A DNA stretch of 64,000 nucleotides, taken from assembly GCA_010909165.1 (NCBI GenBank), contig MU008206.1, forward strand, positions 124,001 through 188,000, read 5' to 3'. Under the pieces are notes generated by a model. The model had not been told where the DNA came from. It saw only the letters and a program-made list of their open reading frames with translations, and did no database searches. The DNA is from Anthoceros angustus. Lineage: Eukaryota; Plantae; Anthocerotophyta. Every line of letters starts with the position of its first letter. Within the stretch, counting starts at the first letter, position 1. The translations under genes and the position numbers were made by a program. Positions 48,398-60,349 of the stretch are shown one piece after another.

Positions 48398-50523
48398 TTA
48401 TACCAAGGGCACTTGAGATGCCTGGGCTTGAACATTCTTGTCGAGCAGCTTCTTGGCTTGGCTTTCAGTCAGCTCCTCAAACTTCCCGACTCTGCACATG
48501 GCATGCACGACACAAGAATTGAGGCAAGGAAAAAAGCATGCTCTGACATCTGTTTGCGTATGCTACCTCCTGCCCCCTGACGGTTCTCAGGGGCTTTAAC
48601 TTACCCCAGCTTTCGGGAAAGACGAAGACCGCCAACACGAACACGCTTCAATGCCTCAACCTGCCAGATGCAAATGTGATATAGCTTATTCATTTAAGGA
48701 TCCAAAAGTGGGCTTATGTGAAATGCCGTATGCAAACTTGTCAGGACTCTCACCTTCAAGCCTGCATTTTCCACAAGGTGACGGACTTCGTGATTTCGCC
48801 CTTCAGACACCTATTGAGAAGATGGGCGAATCAATACTAGCACAGCAGAGCGGCAGTTACACCATGTGGGCATTAGAGACGAAGACATGGCAAACGTACA
48901 ACAATGCGAAGTCGTTGCCCAGAATCTCCTTCGAGCACAGCTACAGAAACTGGAGTGCACATCACATCCTGCACAAGAGTTCCCTCTGCAATTGTTTGAA
49001 GCTGCCGTTTGCTCACCTTACTGTTTGCAGTCACAATATACCTGAGCAGCAGCAGGCTAGTCAGGGCCATACACGAAAGTAGAGCTTGTTCTTCCATAGC
49101 ATTGTGAAATAGCATGGAAGTCCATGAGATCATCTTACTCTTTTGTGAGCCCAGAGGATGGATGAGAAACCTTGTTAGCAAACTCTCCTGAAGAATTCAA
49201 CCTCCAAATCAAAAGGTGAACGGAGGTAAAAGGATAACACTTCAGAAGTGGTACGAAATGATCACTGCACGCAGGAACACACTCACCATCATTGGTCACA
49301 ATAAGCAAACCAGACGTAGCCACATCAAGACGGCCCGATGTGAAAAGGCGAGGTTTTGGCAGTCCAGGATTTCTTTGAGCCTGAGAAGAATGCGCAAGCA
49401 ACACTTCAGTACATCAACTCTTTCACTAACTTGGGTCAGGCAAGAAGCATCAAACTTGTCACATACCCAAATCCGAAAATACTCTTCAAAGAGAGACAAC
49501 ACCGGCTTGGAGTCAGCTGTATCATTTGAGCAGATGTAGCTGCAAAAAAGTACATGCCAAAGAGAGTGTCCAATAGTCACCTACGCATCCTGCATTTGAG
49601 AAGGCACGACGAACAGAGTGACCGGCAAATTCCCTGACTCTTAGACGCATATATGCGTACCCCTTTGGCTTGTTTAGAGCAAAGTACATCTTGGGTGCCA
49701 TCTTCTTGGGCAAAGAGTTCCCATCAACGTAGATGATGTCTTTCAGAGGATTCACTGTCGTCTGATTCCAGGATCGTCAGAAGGCATGTTTCCTGATCAT
49801 TCCATGTCTGAGTATCATGGTCTGAGATACAGAGGTATGTATCAACAGACCATGAACTTTCACAACACTACCAAAGAGTGCACTGAAATTGAGATACCTG
49901 GGGAAGCTTGCAAACATTGCCATTCACCGTGACACGGCCCTCAAAAATGAGCTCTTCGCTAGCCCTTCTGGAAGCCACTGCATTTCCTTCTCACGTTAAG
50001 TTACCTTTGGAGGTCATCCATGGAGAACAACGAAACCGGTGGTGATGAAGGGATTACCTCCAGCTGCTGCCAGAGCTTTGCCAAGCCGTTGAGGTTCCCT
50101 GAAATTCTCATTGTAGAACCGACGGGCTGCTTTAGTGTACTTGGGCTGCGATCCCCTTCTGGGGTCCTTGTCCTTCCTAGCATTGCCTACAGGTCTCGGT
50201 TTCACCTTGGTCTTAGAATCTCGAAGCACACCTGTCCCACCTCCGGTTTGCGTAGCTGTATCCGCATTCCTGACTCCTCCTCCACGCCGCACACGTTGGG
50301 AGGGCAGCCGCAGCCCCAAATGCGGCAATCTTGATATACCCGGCCGCCCACAATCCACGGTTACGTGATGCAAGGCAAAATGCAAACTGCCTTGGCCGTG
50401 ACCAACCCACTCCGAACGAAGCACGCAGGCAGTTCGTGAGGCCGCTGTTCGGACAAGCGGGGACAGAGCACGGGCGCTGCCTGTGGAGGGCCGTGCACCA
50501 GCTGCTGCAAGGAATCGAGCCAT
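48398..50523 (-). CDS. SVR1: Plastid RsuA/RluB-family rRNA pseudouridine synthase (SVR1-like), about 10 exons
   Basis: YTKAARRFYNENFREPQRLGKALAAAG; S4 VASRRASEELIFEGRVTVNG; YFALNKPKGYIC; catalytic GRLDVATSG; EGRNHEVR; LKRVRVGG. Confidence 0.94.
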
Positions 50524-51449
50524 ACTGCTCAAAAAAGGGACCGCCCACCACAGAATTGGATCACCATTTCCCGGGACACATCGCTCAGCGTGCTGAGAAG
50601 TGATTCTTGGATGACGTAAATACGTAGGTACTGTTGCACCTCACCTACTGATCAGTCTAAAGCCCCTGCAGCTGTCCACAGATGCTATAAATACGGTCGC
50701 CAAACGACGCGACTCTTCATGGAAGTCAGGCAGGAACTATAGCACGTGGCTCTAGACGCAAATTCTGTAGGGTTTACGAACCAATGGCGCGTGAAGGAGG
50801 AGAAGGCAGAGAGGCAGCGGCACAAGGAAACTGTAGATGTTCACGCTTGCAAGGTACTGTGTGTGGAGGGCTGGGCTGCCAGCACGGTACTCCTGCACGG
50901 AGGTAAAACAACTGCAAACAAGGTAGGCCTCTCTTGCGCTGGGCATGCATGTCACAGTTTTCTTTGGTGGTTATATCAATCCAAATTATTTGTCTGGTGG
51001 GTATAGAACGCAAAGGTAGCATGCCGCAAATTCTACAGGTATAGGTAGCTTGGTATGCAAATTGCGGCCTAGAGTTTATTGCGCTCAAGAATGTATCTGT
51101 TGTGATTATAGCCATGTTTGTGCTCCTTAGGTGGTCATTCTTCTAGAAGCTCTGGCATTGCATTCTCAGAAAGCACGAGGTGAAGGTGGTTAGATATGTA
51201 GGGTTCAAGGTATCTGGTGGAAGGTCTAGGTGCCAAGAACGCGAGCCGATGGAAGGTAGCAGTCGTCATCAGACATCACGGGCTTGGGGATGGCGAATCC
51301 AGGGATGCAACTCCGGGTTGGGGGATCGTGGCTCGCACCCAATTTGCTGCACTTCCTCCTTTCGGACAGCAGATTCAGCAGTCGTTAGAATTTGCCGTTG
51401 ACATTTTCAAGCGCATCCTAAAACTCTCTCAAACGTACGGCATAATTCT

Positions 51450-52271
51450 ATGGGGCGGCTTCTCATGTACGATATTGTAGAGAAGCCAGCGACCAGCTTT
51501 TTTATAGGAATCTGTAGTTCAGTATGGGTTTATATTCAGCAGAAGAACGTGGGCTATGGTGATGTCGGGTTGAGCTATGATGCAGTCATCACAAATGGGC
51601 AGCATTGGCGGCTTCTCACCCATGCGTTTTCCCACATCAGTTTCCTGCATCTCATCTTCAACATGAGTGCTTTGTGGAGTCTCGGAGTTGTGGAGAGCAA
51701 GGGAGAGTATGGCTTAGGGGTTGCATATTATATGCAATACACACTTATGCTGCTGGTTCTCTCTGGCTTGCTAGTGCTGGGCATGTACCATGTTCTTATT
51801 CACCGGGCAAAGTTGGACTCGTACCGGAGGGTGACGGCAGTTGGATACTCTTGCGTGGTATTTGGGTGGATGACCATTCTTGCTGTCAAGCAGCCTTCTT
51901 CGAAACTTGACATATTCGGGCTTCTTTCTTTGCCCATCAGTTTTGCACCTTTCGAATCGCTGGTTTTCACCTCCATTTTCGTGCCGCAAGCAAGCTTCTT
52001 GGGACACTTGTCAGGGATTATAGTTGGTTATTTGATAGCCTGGAACTTCATCCGGGGCGTCAGCATTTACTGGGCTATCAGTCTAGCGGGTTGGCTTGGC
52101 ATTGGATTTGTGCTGAGTTTGAAGCGGACCACCTCTTTTGACATGCCATTCTTAGAGATAGAATCTGTCGCAAATTCTTCAATTCCAGCAATTGGTATGG
52201 TTTCTGCCACCTCAGTGGACAGCTGGGGAATGAATGTTCCATCGACACTCTCAGGAAGTCAGCTGGTGTAA
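51450..52271 (+). CDS. RBL13: Rhomboid-like protein 13, single coding exon (273 aa)
   Basis: [16 protein letters not shown]; [27 protein letters not shown]; [12 protein letters not shown] (GxS); ASFLGHLSG (catalytic His). Confidence 0.94.
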   Translation: MGRLLMYDIVEKPATSFFIGICSSVWVYIQQKNVGYGDVGLSYDAVITNGQHWRLLTHAFSHISFLHLIFNMSALWSLGVVESKGEYGLGVAYYMQYTLMLLVLSGLLVLGMYHVLIHRAKLDSYRRVTAVGYSCVVFGWMTILAVKQPSSKLDIFGLLSLPISFAPFESLVFTSIFVPQASFLGHLSGIIVGYLIAWNFIRGVSIYWAISLAGWLGIGFVLSLKRTTSFDMPFLEIESVANSSIPAIGMVSATSVDSWGMNVPSTLSGSQLV

Positions 52272-53264
52272 CATGTGGTGACTTATCAGAATCTATCTCA
52301 GTTTTCTGTTTTTCATTAGCTTAAGTCTATGGAGCTAACTTTGCTGTGGTGGTCATCATCCACTAATATTCGAATTTGCAGACCAGGAGTCGGTATGTTA
52401 GCACGGAAAGGAAGTGAGATGGTTTGCAGCCCGTGCCCTTCGCTTTTGACCTCATGGTGAAGGAGCCTTCTGTCATACTGTGAACGATGTGGGTAGGAGA
52501 CCACCTCGAGTAGCAGCAGCGGTGGCAAGTTGCAATGAATTCCCTCCACCTCAAACTACCCGGTTGTGCCCAATGCTCACTAGATTCGGTGTCTTAGGGG
52601 CTACCACAGCCGTTTAACAACCTTACACACCCATGTAAAAGTATTTTACCGGCCACGGAACTATTCAATACATTACTCTACCGATGGCAATGAAAATGTG
52701 TAAAGGCAGATTAAGTAGATGAGATTTTCTGGCAATACCTGGTACATACACTAGCTATGTGATGAGAACATGAACACCAACGACCATGGAAGAGAAGCAC
52801 TGCATACAACTTGCAGGAGGAAGGTGGAATGCCTGATGTTGCAGCTTCATGCACTTCTGCTGGTGAGATCGAGGAAAGTTCTCGGTCGGCTGTGGAATCT
52901 TCGAAGGTTGAATGCGAGGAAAGGGATGTCAGCTACAGCGAAGGGTTTGGAGTCGGACGTTTTTCTGGCAGCTCTGTGGTTAGTACGCATAAGAGTTATC
53001 ATTGAATGCACTGTTTCCAGCTTATGCTTCGTAGAAACCCTGGGGGTCTAGCTCAGATGCAAGAACAGGAGAGTCATGGCGTATCATGATCGCTGCCTGT
53101 ATTCAGCATGAGCTTGTCGGCCTTGGAAGTTGGGGTTCAAGCCGACACCAAAACTTCGGATCTTCCGGCTCCTGCCAAATCTTTCCAGGGGGGTCGCAGA
53201 TTTGCAAGGGTTCAGGAAATCTTAAACCTCGCCAAATTCGGATTGATTGGCATTGTGCGAGAAC

Positions 53265-55364
53265 ATGGAGCGGCTGCAGTCGAGTTGGACAATTCAGTGT
53301 GATTCTGGATCCGCGGTCTGGTCCAGGACTGGGGGACATGGGGGGCAGTCAGGATTCCGGGTTTACAGCCGTCCAGGAGCCAAGCTACGTTTCGGAGGGA
53401 ACCCACTCGTGGTTGCACGGATATCGGAGAAAGAGCGACAGGAGCTCTCCTGCCAACAGCCTCCCCAACGGTGGGACAACAGGCCCGTCGAAAGGCATGT
53501 CTATTCTGGCCGGGTGGCCATTGACATCGGAATTGGCTCTCCATCTGGCGTAGCCAATTACGGTTCCATGCTTGAAACTCTGCCGCTGAGGGAGGCTGTG
53601 GGGGCCTTGGAGCTTCTGGTGCAGCGTGCCCCAGATGTCCACACCTCCTTCTTCTATACTTGTCTCAGGAGGTGCATGGCGCACAAGGACCTGGGTCTGG
53701 GAGCACGTGTGCATGCCCTTGCTGTGAAGAGCGGGTACGAGTCTAACGCCTTTCTGGCCAACCACATCATGGGCATGTATGCTTCTCATGGCAAGCTGAC
53801 AGATTGTGTGCAGGTCTTCGCCAAAGTGACTGCCCCCAACGCCCATGTGTGGGCCACCATCATTCTGGCGCATGCTCGGCACGGGCAAGCTACTCAGGCC
53901 ATACAGCTATATCGACAGATGATGGATTCCGCAATGAGGCCAGATGATAGGATATTTGTGGCAGTCCTGAAGGCTTGTGCCGCAGCACAGGATTTGGTTT
54001 TTGGGAAGGAGGTGCATGCTCATGTCTTGGCTAGTGATCTGGAGGGCGATGTGTTCGTGGCCAACAGCCTAGTGACCATGTATGCTAAGTGTGGGGATTT
54101 GGAGGCTGCACGCATGGTATTCACCAGTCTGGGAAGAAGAGATGTGGTGACATGGACTGCCATGATCGCAGGGTATATGGAGCAGGGGCTCGGTCAGGAT
54201 GCCCTGGCTTTGTATGCAAGTATGCAGCAGGAAGGCATGATTCCGGCAGATAACGTGACATTTGTGTGCCTCCTGAAAGCGTGTGCGAGCGTGGGAGCCT
54301 TGCAGCAGGGCAAACAGCTTCATGCAGAGATTCGTGAGCGAGGCCTGGAGTCCCAAGTGTGTGTCGGGAGCTGCCTGGTGGACATGTACTCCAAATGTGG
54401 GAGTCTAGAAGATGCCCGCAAATTATTCGATAGATTACGGACAAGGAACTTGTTGACATGGACGGCAATGCTGAATGGGTATGCTGAACATAGTGAGGGT
54501 CACAGGGCGATTCGGTTATTCGAAGACATGCTCGAGCAAGGTATTCTGCCAGATGATACCACTTTTATCTGCCTCTTTGTGGCGTGCAGTCATGCGGGTC
54601 TGGTGCATCAGGGCCAGCGGTACTTCAAGATGATGGTGGAAGAGTATGGCATTTTGCCCACCGATCATCACTATAGCTGCATGGTGGATCTTCTTGGACG
54701 CTCAGGCCGTCTGGATGAAGCTGAACTTATGCTGCAAAGTACGTCATTTGTGAATGATGTTGTGGGTTGGAAAGCTTTGTTGAGTGCTTGCAAAACCCAT
54801 GGTGATGTACAGCGTGGACAGCGATGCTTTGACCATGTAGTACAATCGGAACCTGGGAATGCAAGCTCGTATGTGCTGTTGGGGAACATATATGCTAATG
54901 CAGGTAGGTGGGGGGAAGTGGACAGGATAGAAAACTTGAGAAAGTCAGCAGGTGCTGCGAAGAAACCTGCCAAGGCTTGCATCGAAGTGAAGAATCAGGT
55001 GCACGAGTTCACCGTGGGAGAAGAGAGATCTGATATTTCCCCCAAGCTAAGGAGTGTGAATACGAGGTTGAAGGAGGAAGGAGGCCATGTGCCACAAGTA
55101 CAGCTGGTATTGAAGGCAGTGTCTGAGCAAGAGAAGGAAGACTCTCTGTGTGGCCATGCAGAGAAACTGGCTTTGGCGTTTGGTTTGATGAACACGGCAG
55201 ATGGCACAACTTTGCTAGTTACTAAGAATCTCCGCATGTGCAATGACTGCCATAGCAGCACCAAGATCATGTCACGTCTTGAGAAGAGAGAGATCATTGT
55301 GAGAGATGCACATCGGGTGCATCGATTCCTGGATGGTTCTTGTTCATGTAGGGATCGCCATTGA
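53265..55364 (+). CDS. PLS-class PPR protein with E1-E2 and DYW:KP deaminase domain ending in DRH (candidate U-to-C editing factor)
   Basis: Eleven PPR motifs (L-S-P-L-S-P-L-S-P2-L2-S2), E1/E2, KKPAKACIEV instead of the PG box, GHAEKLA and CNDC zinc ligands, terminal SCSCRDRH. First in-frame ATG 53265; true start uncertain. Confidence 0.95.
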   Translation: MERLQSSWTIQCDSGSAVWSRTGGHGGQSGFRVYSRPGAKLRFGGNPLVVARISEKERQELSCQQPPQRWDNRPVERHVYSGRVAIDIGIGSPSGVANYGSMLETLPLREAVGALELLVQRAPDVHTSFFYTCLRRCMAHKDLGLGARVHALAVKSGYESNAFLANHIMGMYASHGKLTDCVQVFAKVTAPNAHVWATIILAHARHGQATQAIQLYRQMMDSAMRPDDRIFVAVLKACAAAQDLVFGKEVHAHVLASDLEGDVFVANSLVTMYAKCGDLEAARMVFTSLGRRDVVTWTAMIAGYMEQGLGQDALALYASMQQEGMIPADNVTFVCLLKACASVGALQQGKQLHAEIRERGLESQVCVGSCLVDMYSKCGSLEDARKLFDRLRTRNLLTWTAMLNGYAEHSEGHRAIRLFEDMLEQGILPDDTTFICLFVACSHAGLVHQGQRYFKMMVEEYGILPTDHHYSCMVDLLGRSGRLDEAELMLQSTSFVNDVVGWKALLSACKTHGDVQRGQRCFDHVVQSEPGNASSYVLLGNIYANAGRWGEVDRIENLRKSAGAAKKPAKACIEVKNQVHEFTVGEERSDISPKLRSVNTRLKEEGGHVPQVQLVLKAVSEQEKEDSLCGHAEKLALAFGLMNTADGTTLLVTKNLRMCNDCHSSTKIMSRLEKREIIVRDAHRVHRFLDGSCSCRDRH

Positions 55365-56599
55365 GAGCCTTGTGCAAAGGCATGTCCAAATGGGGGCATC
55401 CCGCTTTGTTGGGCCGAGGTTGCTCTCAAAAGATAATCTGGTACAAGCATGTTGGGAAATCAGGAGCGAAGATTTTTATTCAGCGGCTTCAAGTGACTTG
55501 AGTACCTTGCGCATAGGTCTTTGATGGTCCTCAAGGAAGGACTCTGCCAAGCCAATCTCGAGACCTGCCTGCAGCAGATAAATTTGAAGGTCATGTGAGA
55601 AAGTATACTTTCTGCATTTTCTGTAACTCCAGCAGTCCGAGGCATTGCTCACTTGTCAGTTCCCTGGCACTGACTCTTGCTACCATCGCAGGTACACACT
55701 TCTTACAGTGGAGCCTGGAGTTCATGAAGGTTATGGTTGCACGGGTGCATGTGCTGCAACAGCTGCATGTCCTGGTCACTTGCGGACTTTTTAGCTCATC
55801 GAAACTCAGGAAGGTCAAACAGCTACCCACAATGACCATCACAGTATTCCTAACCTGTTGCAGCACCCTTTAACCCCAGAATGGTCAGGGCTGTTTCCGG
55901 AATTATCCCAAAACTAAATCATTAGCGTCTTTATAATTCGTAATTTGTAATATTTAGATGGTTGCCTGAAAATTGACGTTCTTGGTACCAGATGAAAGCC
56001 CTGGCTGAGGTGTTCAACCTGCAATCGCCTTTGCCACAATCGGCTCCCGTTCTTGGGCTGCGTTTTCTTTGGGCCGTGGGTATTCCGGTCTTGTGCTTGC
56101 AATCCTCACTCTTAGCAAATGCCTCGGCGTGCAGTCGATGTGCCAGACCGGTGGAAAGCCATGAACCAAAAACACAAGCCCTATGACCTTCAAAAATCAG
56201 CCTCATTGAGGCTTCAACAAAATACAAGCGAGGTCACCCGCTTCTCGCAACGCATCTTGGCCTCTCTCTACGTTAACTACATGCAGATCTGGTTTGTTTC
56301 TAAACCATGAGGAGATCAACCATTGGCTCTCCGGTGTATGGCCACCTTTTTCTGGGTTTAGGGCTCCAGCCGTGACCTTCAAACTACGGCAAAGTAGGTG
56401 AGTTGAGGCAAAGTAGGTGAGTGGAGGCAAATGAGGGACTGGCTTTCACCGGCGGGATGCCGGGAATGTAACCTCTATTGTGGCAATAGAGAGAAGGGCG
56501 TGCTCACGAACAAGCGAGGCCATGCCATGTTGAGTTGAGACTCGGAGTCTTGTGTCTTTCACGTTATGATCACATTTAGAGGAGTTGATATTTGTTCCA

Positions 56600-57900
56600 T
56601 AAACCAATTTGACCAGCGGAATAAGGCAAACCTTTGCATAGGCATCTCAAAAACTTTCAACTTCACATTTCATTATGAATTGACAAAGAGCACCCAAAAA
56701 GTTTGAGTCCAAGACTTATGACCATTCTCGGGAACCATCCAGCAACCATCTTCATAACTTCTTCTTTTCAACTAACCATAGTGGCCTAAATCACTTCTTG
56801 CTATCAAAATATTTCTAATAGATTTATGCATGAGATGATTATTAAAATATTTCTACTCCGTTCTTTCAAATACTTTGTGCATAGGTAGGGAGCGTTTAAG
56901 TGGCTTTAGTGTAGGTCTTGTGGGTACCATTCTCCACCTTGACTAGTGGACCATACAAACAACACATAGATACCTTTAGAGGCTGCTTGATTTTGCTAAA
57001 CCATATGGTGTGTACTTTCGTTGGGATGTTCTAAGGCATACACTGAGAATGCGTTTGGATGTTGACCCCATAACCAAATGGAGACTTGAGCAAGCACATG
57101 CATATGACACGCTATGCACACCGTTAGGACATGTCTTGTCACTGTCTGAAGAAGCGAAAGGACATAAAGTTAGAAACGTAGTTGGATTTGAAGCTGGAAG
57201 ATGGGTCTAATACATGTCAAGAGGAGTAGAAGACGAGGATGTCCAACGCCACATTGTACAAATCCGACAAGATATAGTAAAGGATATCGATCACCTAGAT
57301 AAACTATGTTCAAACCTCAAACGTTGTTAGAAAAAACCAATATTCACACCGTTCCGCACGTACTACTCTGCATCTACATCCAAATACTACTCTGAATCTA
57401 CATCCTCTTTCATCAACTTTGCCTTCATCTTTTCCCACTCCCTTTTCGCATATTCTGCAGTATTTACATTCTCCTCCGCATCCGCATCCCTATCCTCATT
57501 CATCAACTTTGCCTTCATCTTCTTCCACTCTCTTTGCATATATTCTTTAGTACGCGCATATTCAGGCTCTGCAGGTTTTATTCTCGCTATGGCATAATTT
57601 GGGTCAAACTAGTTACACTCAACAAGTAGCTCTTCACTGGCTTCAATGATCCGCACTACCCAAGTGCACACCCAAATCATGTGCCTATAATGCAATACCT
57701 CATGCCCATCGTCTCTTTCCTCCCATAGACAAATACCTTGTTTACTGTTATTAATATAACCTGCCACATTCCCATATGTCACATGTCGAGCAACCACATT
57801 CACTAATTGGTATAGTAACTAGTCTAGTCTACGGCCAGGCAAACTTGACTTGCTAAATGCTGCACGTTCTTTTATAAATCTATGTGTGGAAGACCACATG
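56600..57900 (-). mobile_element. Degenerate transposon-like remnant with a 90-bp internal coding duplication
   Basis: TTCATCAACTTTGCCTTCATCTT at ~57408 and ~57498; minus-strand peptide EYxxREWxKMKAKLMxED twice; family not identified. Confidence 0.3.
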
Positions 57901-58049
57901 TATACTAACCCTCCCCTGGACTGTTGGTTTGAATGTTTTTTTTTTTTTCCTTATGTTTTGTGTGATGGAGTGCTTAGGAAATGTCCGAGGCAAGGCCTTT
58001 TATACTAAAAGTGGTCCTTGGCCCATGGCAATATTACTTTTACAAATAA

Positions 58050-59759
58050 TTAGTCCTTGGGCCTCGAACCTGTGAATGTCAGGTCAGGTTAGAAGGTCCT
58101 TGGACCTTGGGATTTTCAGGAATAAAAATTATCTATGTAAGGTGGGGGATCCTTCATTCAGCAACAGGGGCCCAGGAACAAGTGGAGACGCTGGCACCTA
58201 TGGAGAAGTTCAAGAAGCTAGCGGAGAGGTATAAGCGGGAGAGAGATGAGGCTAGGGCCAGGGTCAAGAGAGGCAGGCGGGCGAAGAAGGCGGGCGTGAC
58301 CCACTGCGGTGTGGCGACCATCGTTGAGCGGCCACCACGGTGGTGGAGCCGCCACCGTCGCGGAAGCGCCACCAGTGGTGGGCCGCCACCGTCGCGGAAG
58401 AAGGACCCAAGGTGGGGGAAGCCACCGTCGGGGAGCTGTGGGAGGATGCAACTCCTCAGTTCGAGGCGCCAGCCCATGATTGTCCACGGGAGCCGGGCAT
58501 ACCCTTCACAAGTTGTGCTCGAGGAAATGAGCAAGGCGGAGGCTAGGCGTGGATGGAGGAAGCAGTTGTGTCCCGTGATGAGGCGAGAAAGCGTCGAGGC
58601 GATGAGCAGACGGCGCCTCCTAGGAGGAGTGAAGGGACCTCGGATAGCGGGAGTGAGGTGGAGATATTAAGGGAGGATCTTCGGATCGGGCGTGGTAGGA
58701 GGCGGGGAACACCCATGGGCGCGGGGCTAGGCGGCCAGCGGGCGGCTGATTTTAGAGGGGAGTGGCATCATAGGTCAGGGCTTTCACTTGGATTAGAGGA
58801 TAAGGTGCTAGGAAGCTTGTGAACCTGTAGATACCCGAATTGGTAGGCGCGCTCGTGGTAGGTTAGCCATCTTTAGACACTGGAGGTAGGTTAGCCATCT
58901 TTAGACACTGGGAAAGTGAGCTATGGCGCGCCGCGGCCAGATGTACAAGAGACCCCTTCGCGTCTCTCTCGTTAGACAATTTCAGGTGTGAGCTCCCGTG
59001 TGTCGAATTTGTGCGCGTGGTTGGTTGGAGGCATCCGATCGATGATGGGCTGATTCGGTGTGCTGTCCTCTCGTCACAAGAGGGCGGGAGATCCACTGGA
59101 TGGTCGGTGAGTGACCAAGCTCGCGTGCAGGGTGACTAGTGGTGAAGGGTGCTCAACGCATGCAGGAGGGAAATTCCGTGGGGACCGGGTGAGATCGCGG
59201 GTGTGTGGATCGCTGGAGCCGACCGTTGTTTTCCTTTCCCCAACCATATCTACAGTTGTGTCTAATTCTAAGGAGGGTCTGTGTGGCCCAAGAGGTCTGT
59301 GGCCCAAGGAGGGTCTGTGGCCCAAGAGAGGTCTGTGTGGCCCAAGGAGGGTCTGTGGCCCAAGAGAGGTCTGTGTGGCCTGAGAGAGGAGGATCTGTGG
59401 GAACATCTTGTGCACGGTGGTGTATGAGGTCTTTGTGGCCTGAGAAAGGGAGCGAGAGGGAGTATTCATGTGTGGTAGAGTGGGAGGTTCTTGGAAAAAA
59501 AGGGGAAAAGAGAGAAGTGTGCCGCCGTAGGGAGTATGCGGGTACGTTTTGAAGAAACGGGGAATGTTAAAAAGGGGAGAAGTGAGCGATGAGATCGGTA
59601 AGGGTCGACGCCGGAGTGAGGCCTTGTGGTGTTCATGGTCATGGTGCCTAATCCCTGGAACGTTCTGAGCGCGGTCTCCCTTGTGAGTGAATTAAAGTAG
59701 GTGCGACCTTAGGTGTGTGTGTGCGTGAAATCATAACCCTCAGAGTATTGAAGATAGAG
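58050..59759 (+). mobile_element. Retroelement-like remnant (charged ORF plus repeat-rich LTR-like region), host of copia element 2
   Basis: ORF 58107-58670 (KKLAERYKRERDEARARV); 28-bp duplication 58861-58911; about six GGTCTGTG(TG)GCCCAAG units at 59277-59385. Confidence 0.4.
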
Positions 59760-59996
59760 TGTTGAGTTATTACTTACAGTTATTATATCTAGCTATCTAG
59801 TGTATGTGTGTATATAGCTTGAATTTATTTAGCTTACCCTTTCATTAGGGTTACGTCCCTAGGCCAAAGGTCATGTCTCTTGGCTACTAGAATAAGTCTA
59901 GTTGCTACAATCAATTTACTAATGCTTTCTTGTATTTTCTACAATAATGTAATTGATAAATACTCAATTGGTTTGCACCATTTCCATATTTCGTAA
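59760..59996 (+). repeat. Probable 5' LTR of copia element 2 (~237 bp)
   Basis: Starts TGTTGAG at 59760, TATATA at ~59811, directly followed by the PBS; terminal CA not canonical, so boundaries are uncertain. Confidence 0.55.
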
Positions 59997-60007
59997 TGGT
60001 ATCGAGC
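59997..60007 (+). promoter_or_regulatory. tRNA-iMet primer-binding site (one base short of consensus)
   Basis: TGGTATCGAGC versus consensus TGGTATCAGAGC. Confidence 0.75.
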
Positions 60008-60349
60008 AATGCTAGGTGCATTGCATTCACAAGAATGCACATTAAATTGTGCACATGTTGATGTGCATAAAATGTTCTTTGTGTTTGTTTCTTGATTAGA
60101 AATTAGTTTCTAATAAGAAATCAAGAAAATGTTTGAGAAACCTTTTGTAGCTATTTTTGCTTGATTTGTTAATAGAAATTTTGCATTTCTAGAGCCGTTC
60201 TAAGCGCATCTCGCCGATTGTTGCAAAGCAATCTGTCATCAGACACGCTAGAACGACTGCCAGAAGTGGCAAATATCTTTATAAAATCATATAAAAATTA
60301 CAATATGTTTCTTGGAATTTTCCAAAACACAAGAATTCTGGCCAAATGA

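Noticed and set aside
48398-55364. Functional cluster of organellar RNA-modifying genes (SVR1 and PPR-DYW:KP)
   Set aside because: Separated by an unrelated rhomboid gene; PPR genes are very numerous in such genomes, so proximity is likely chance.
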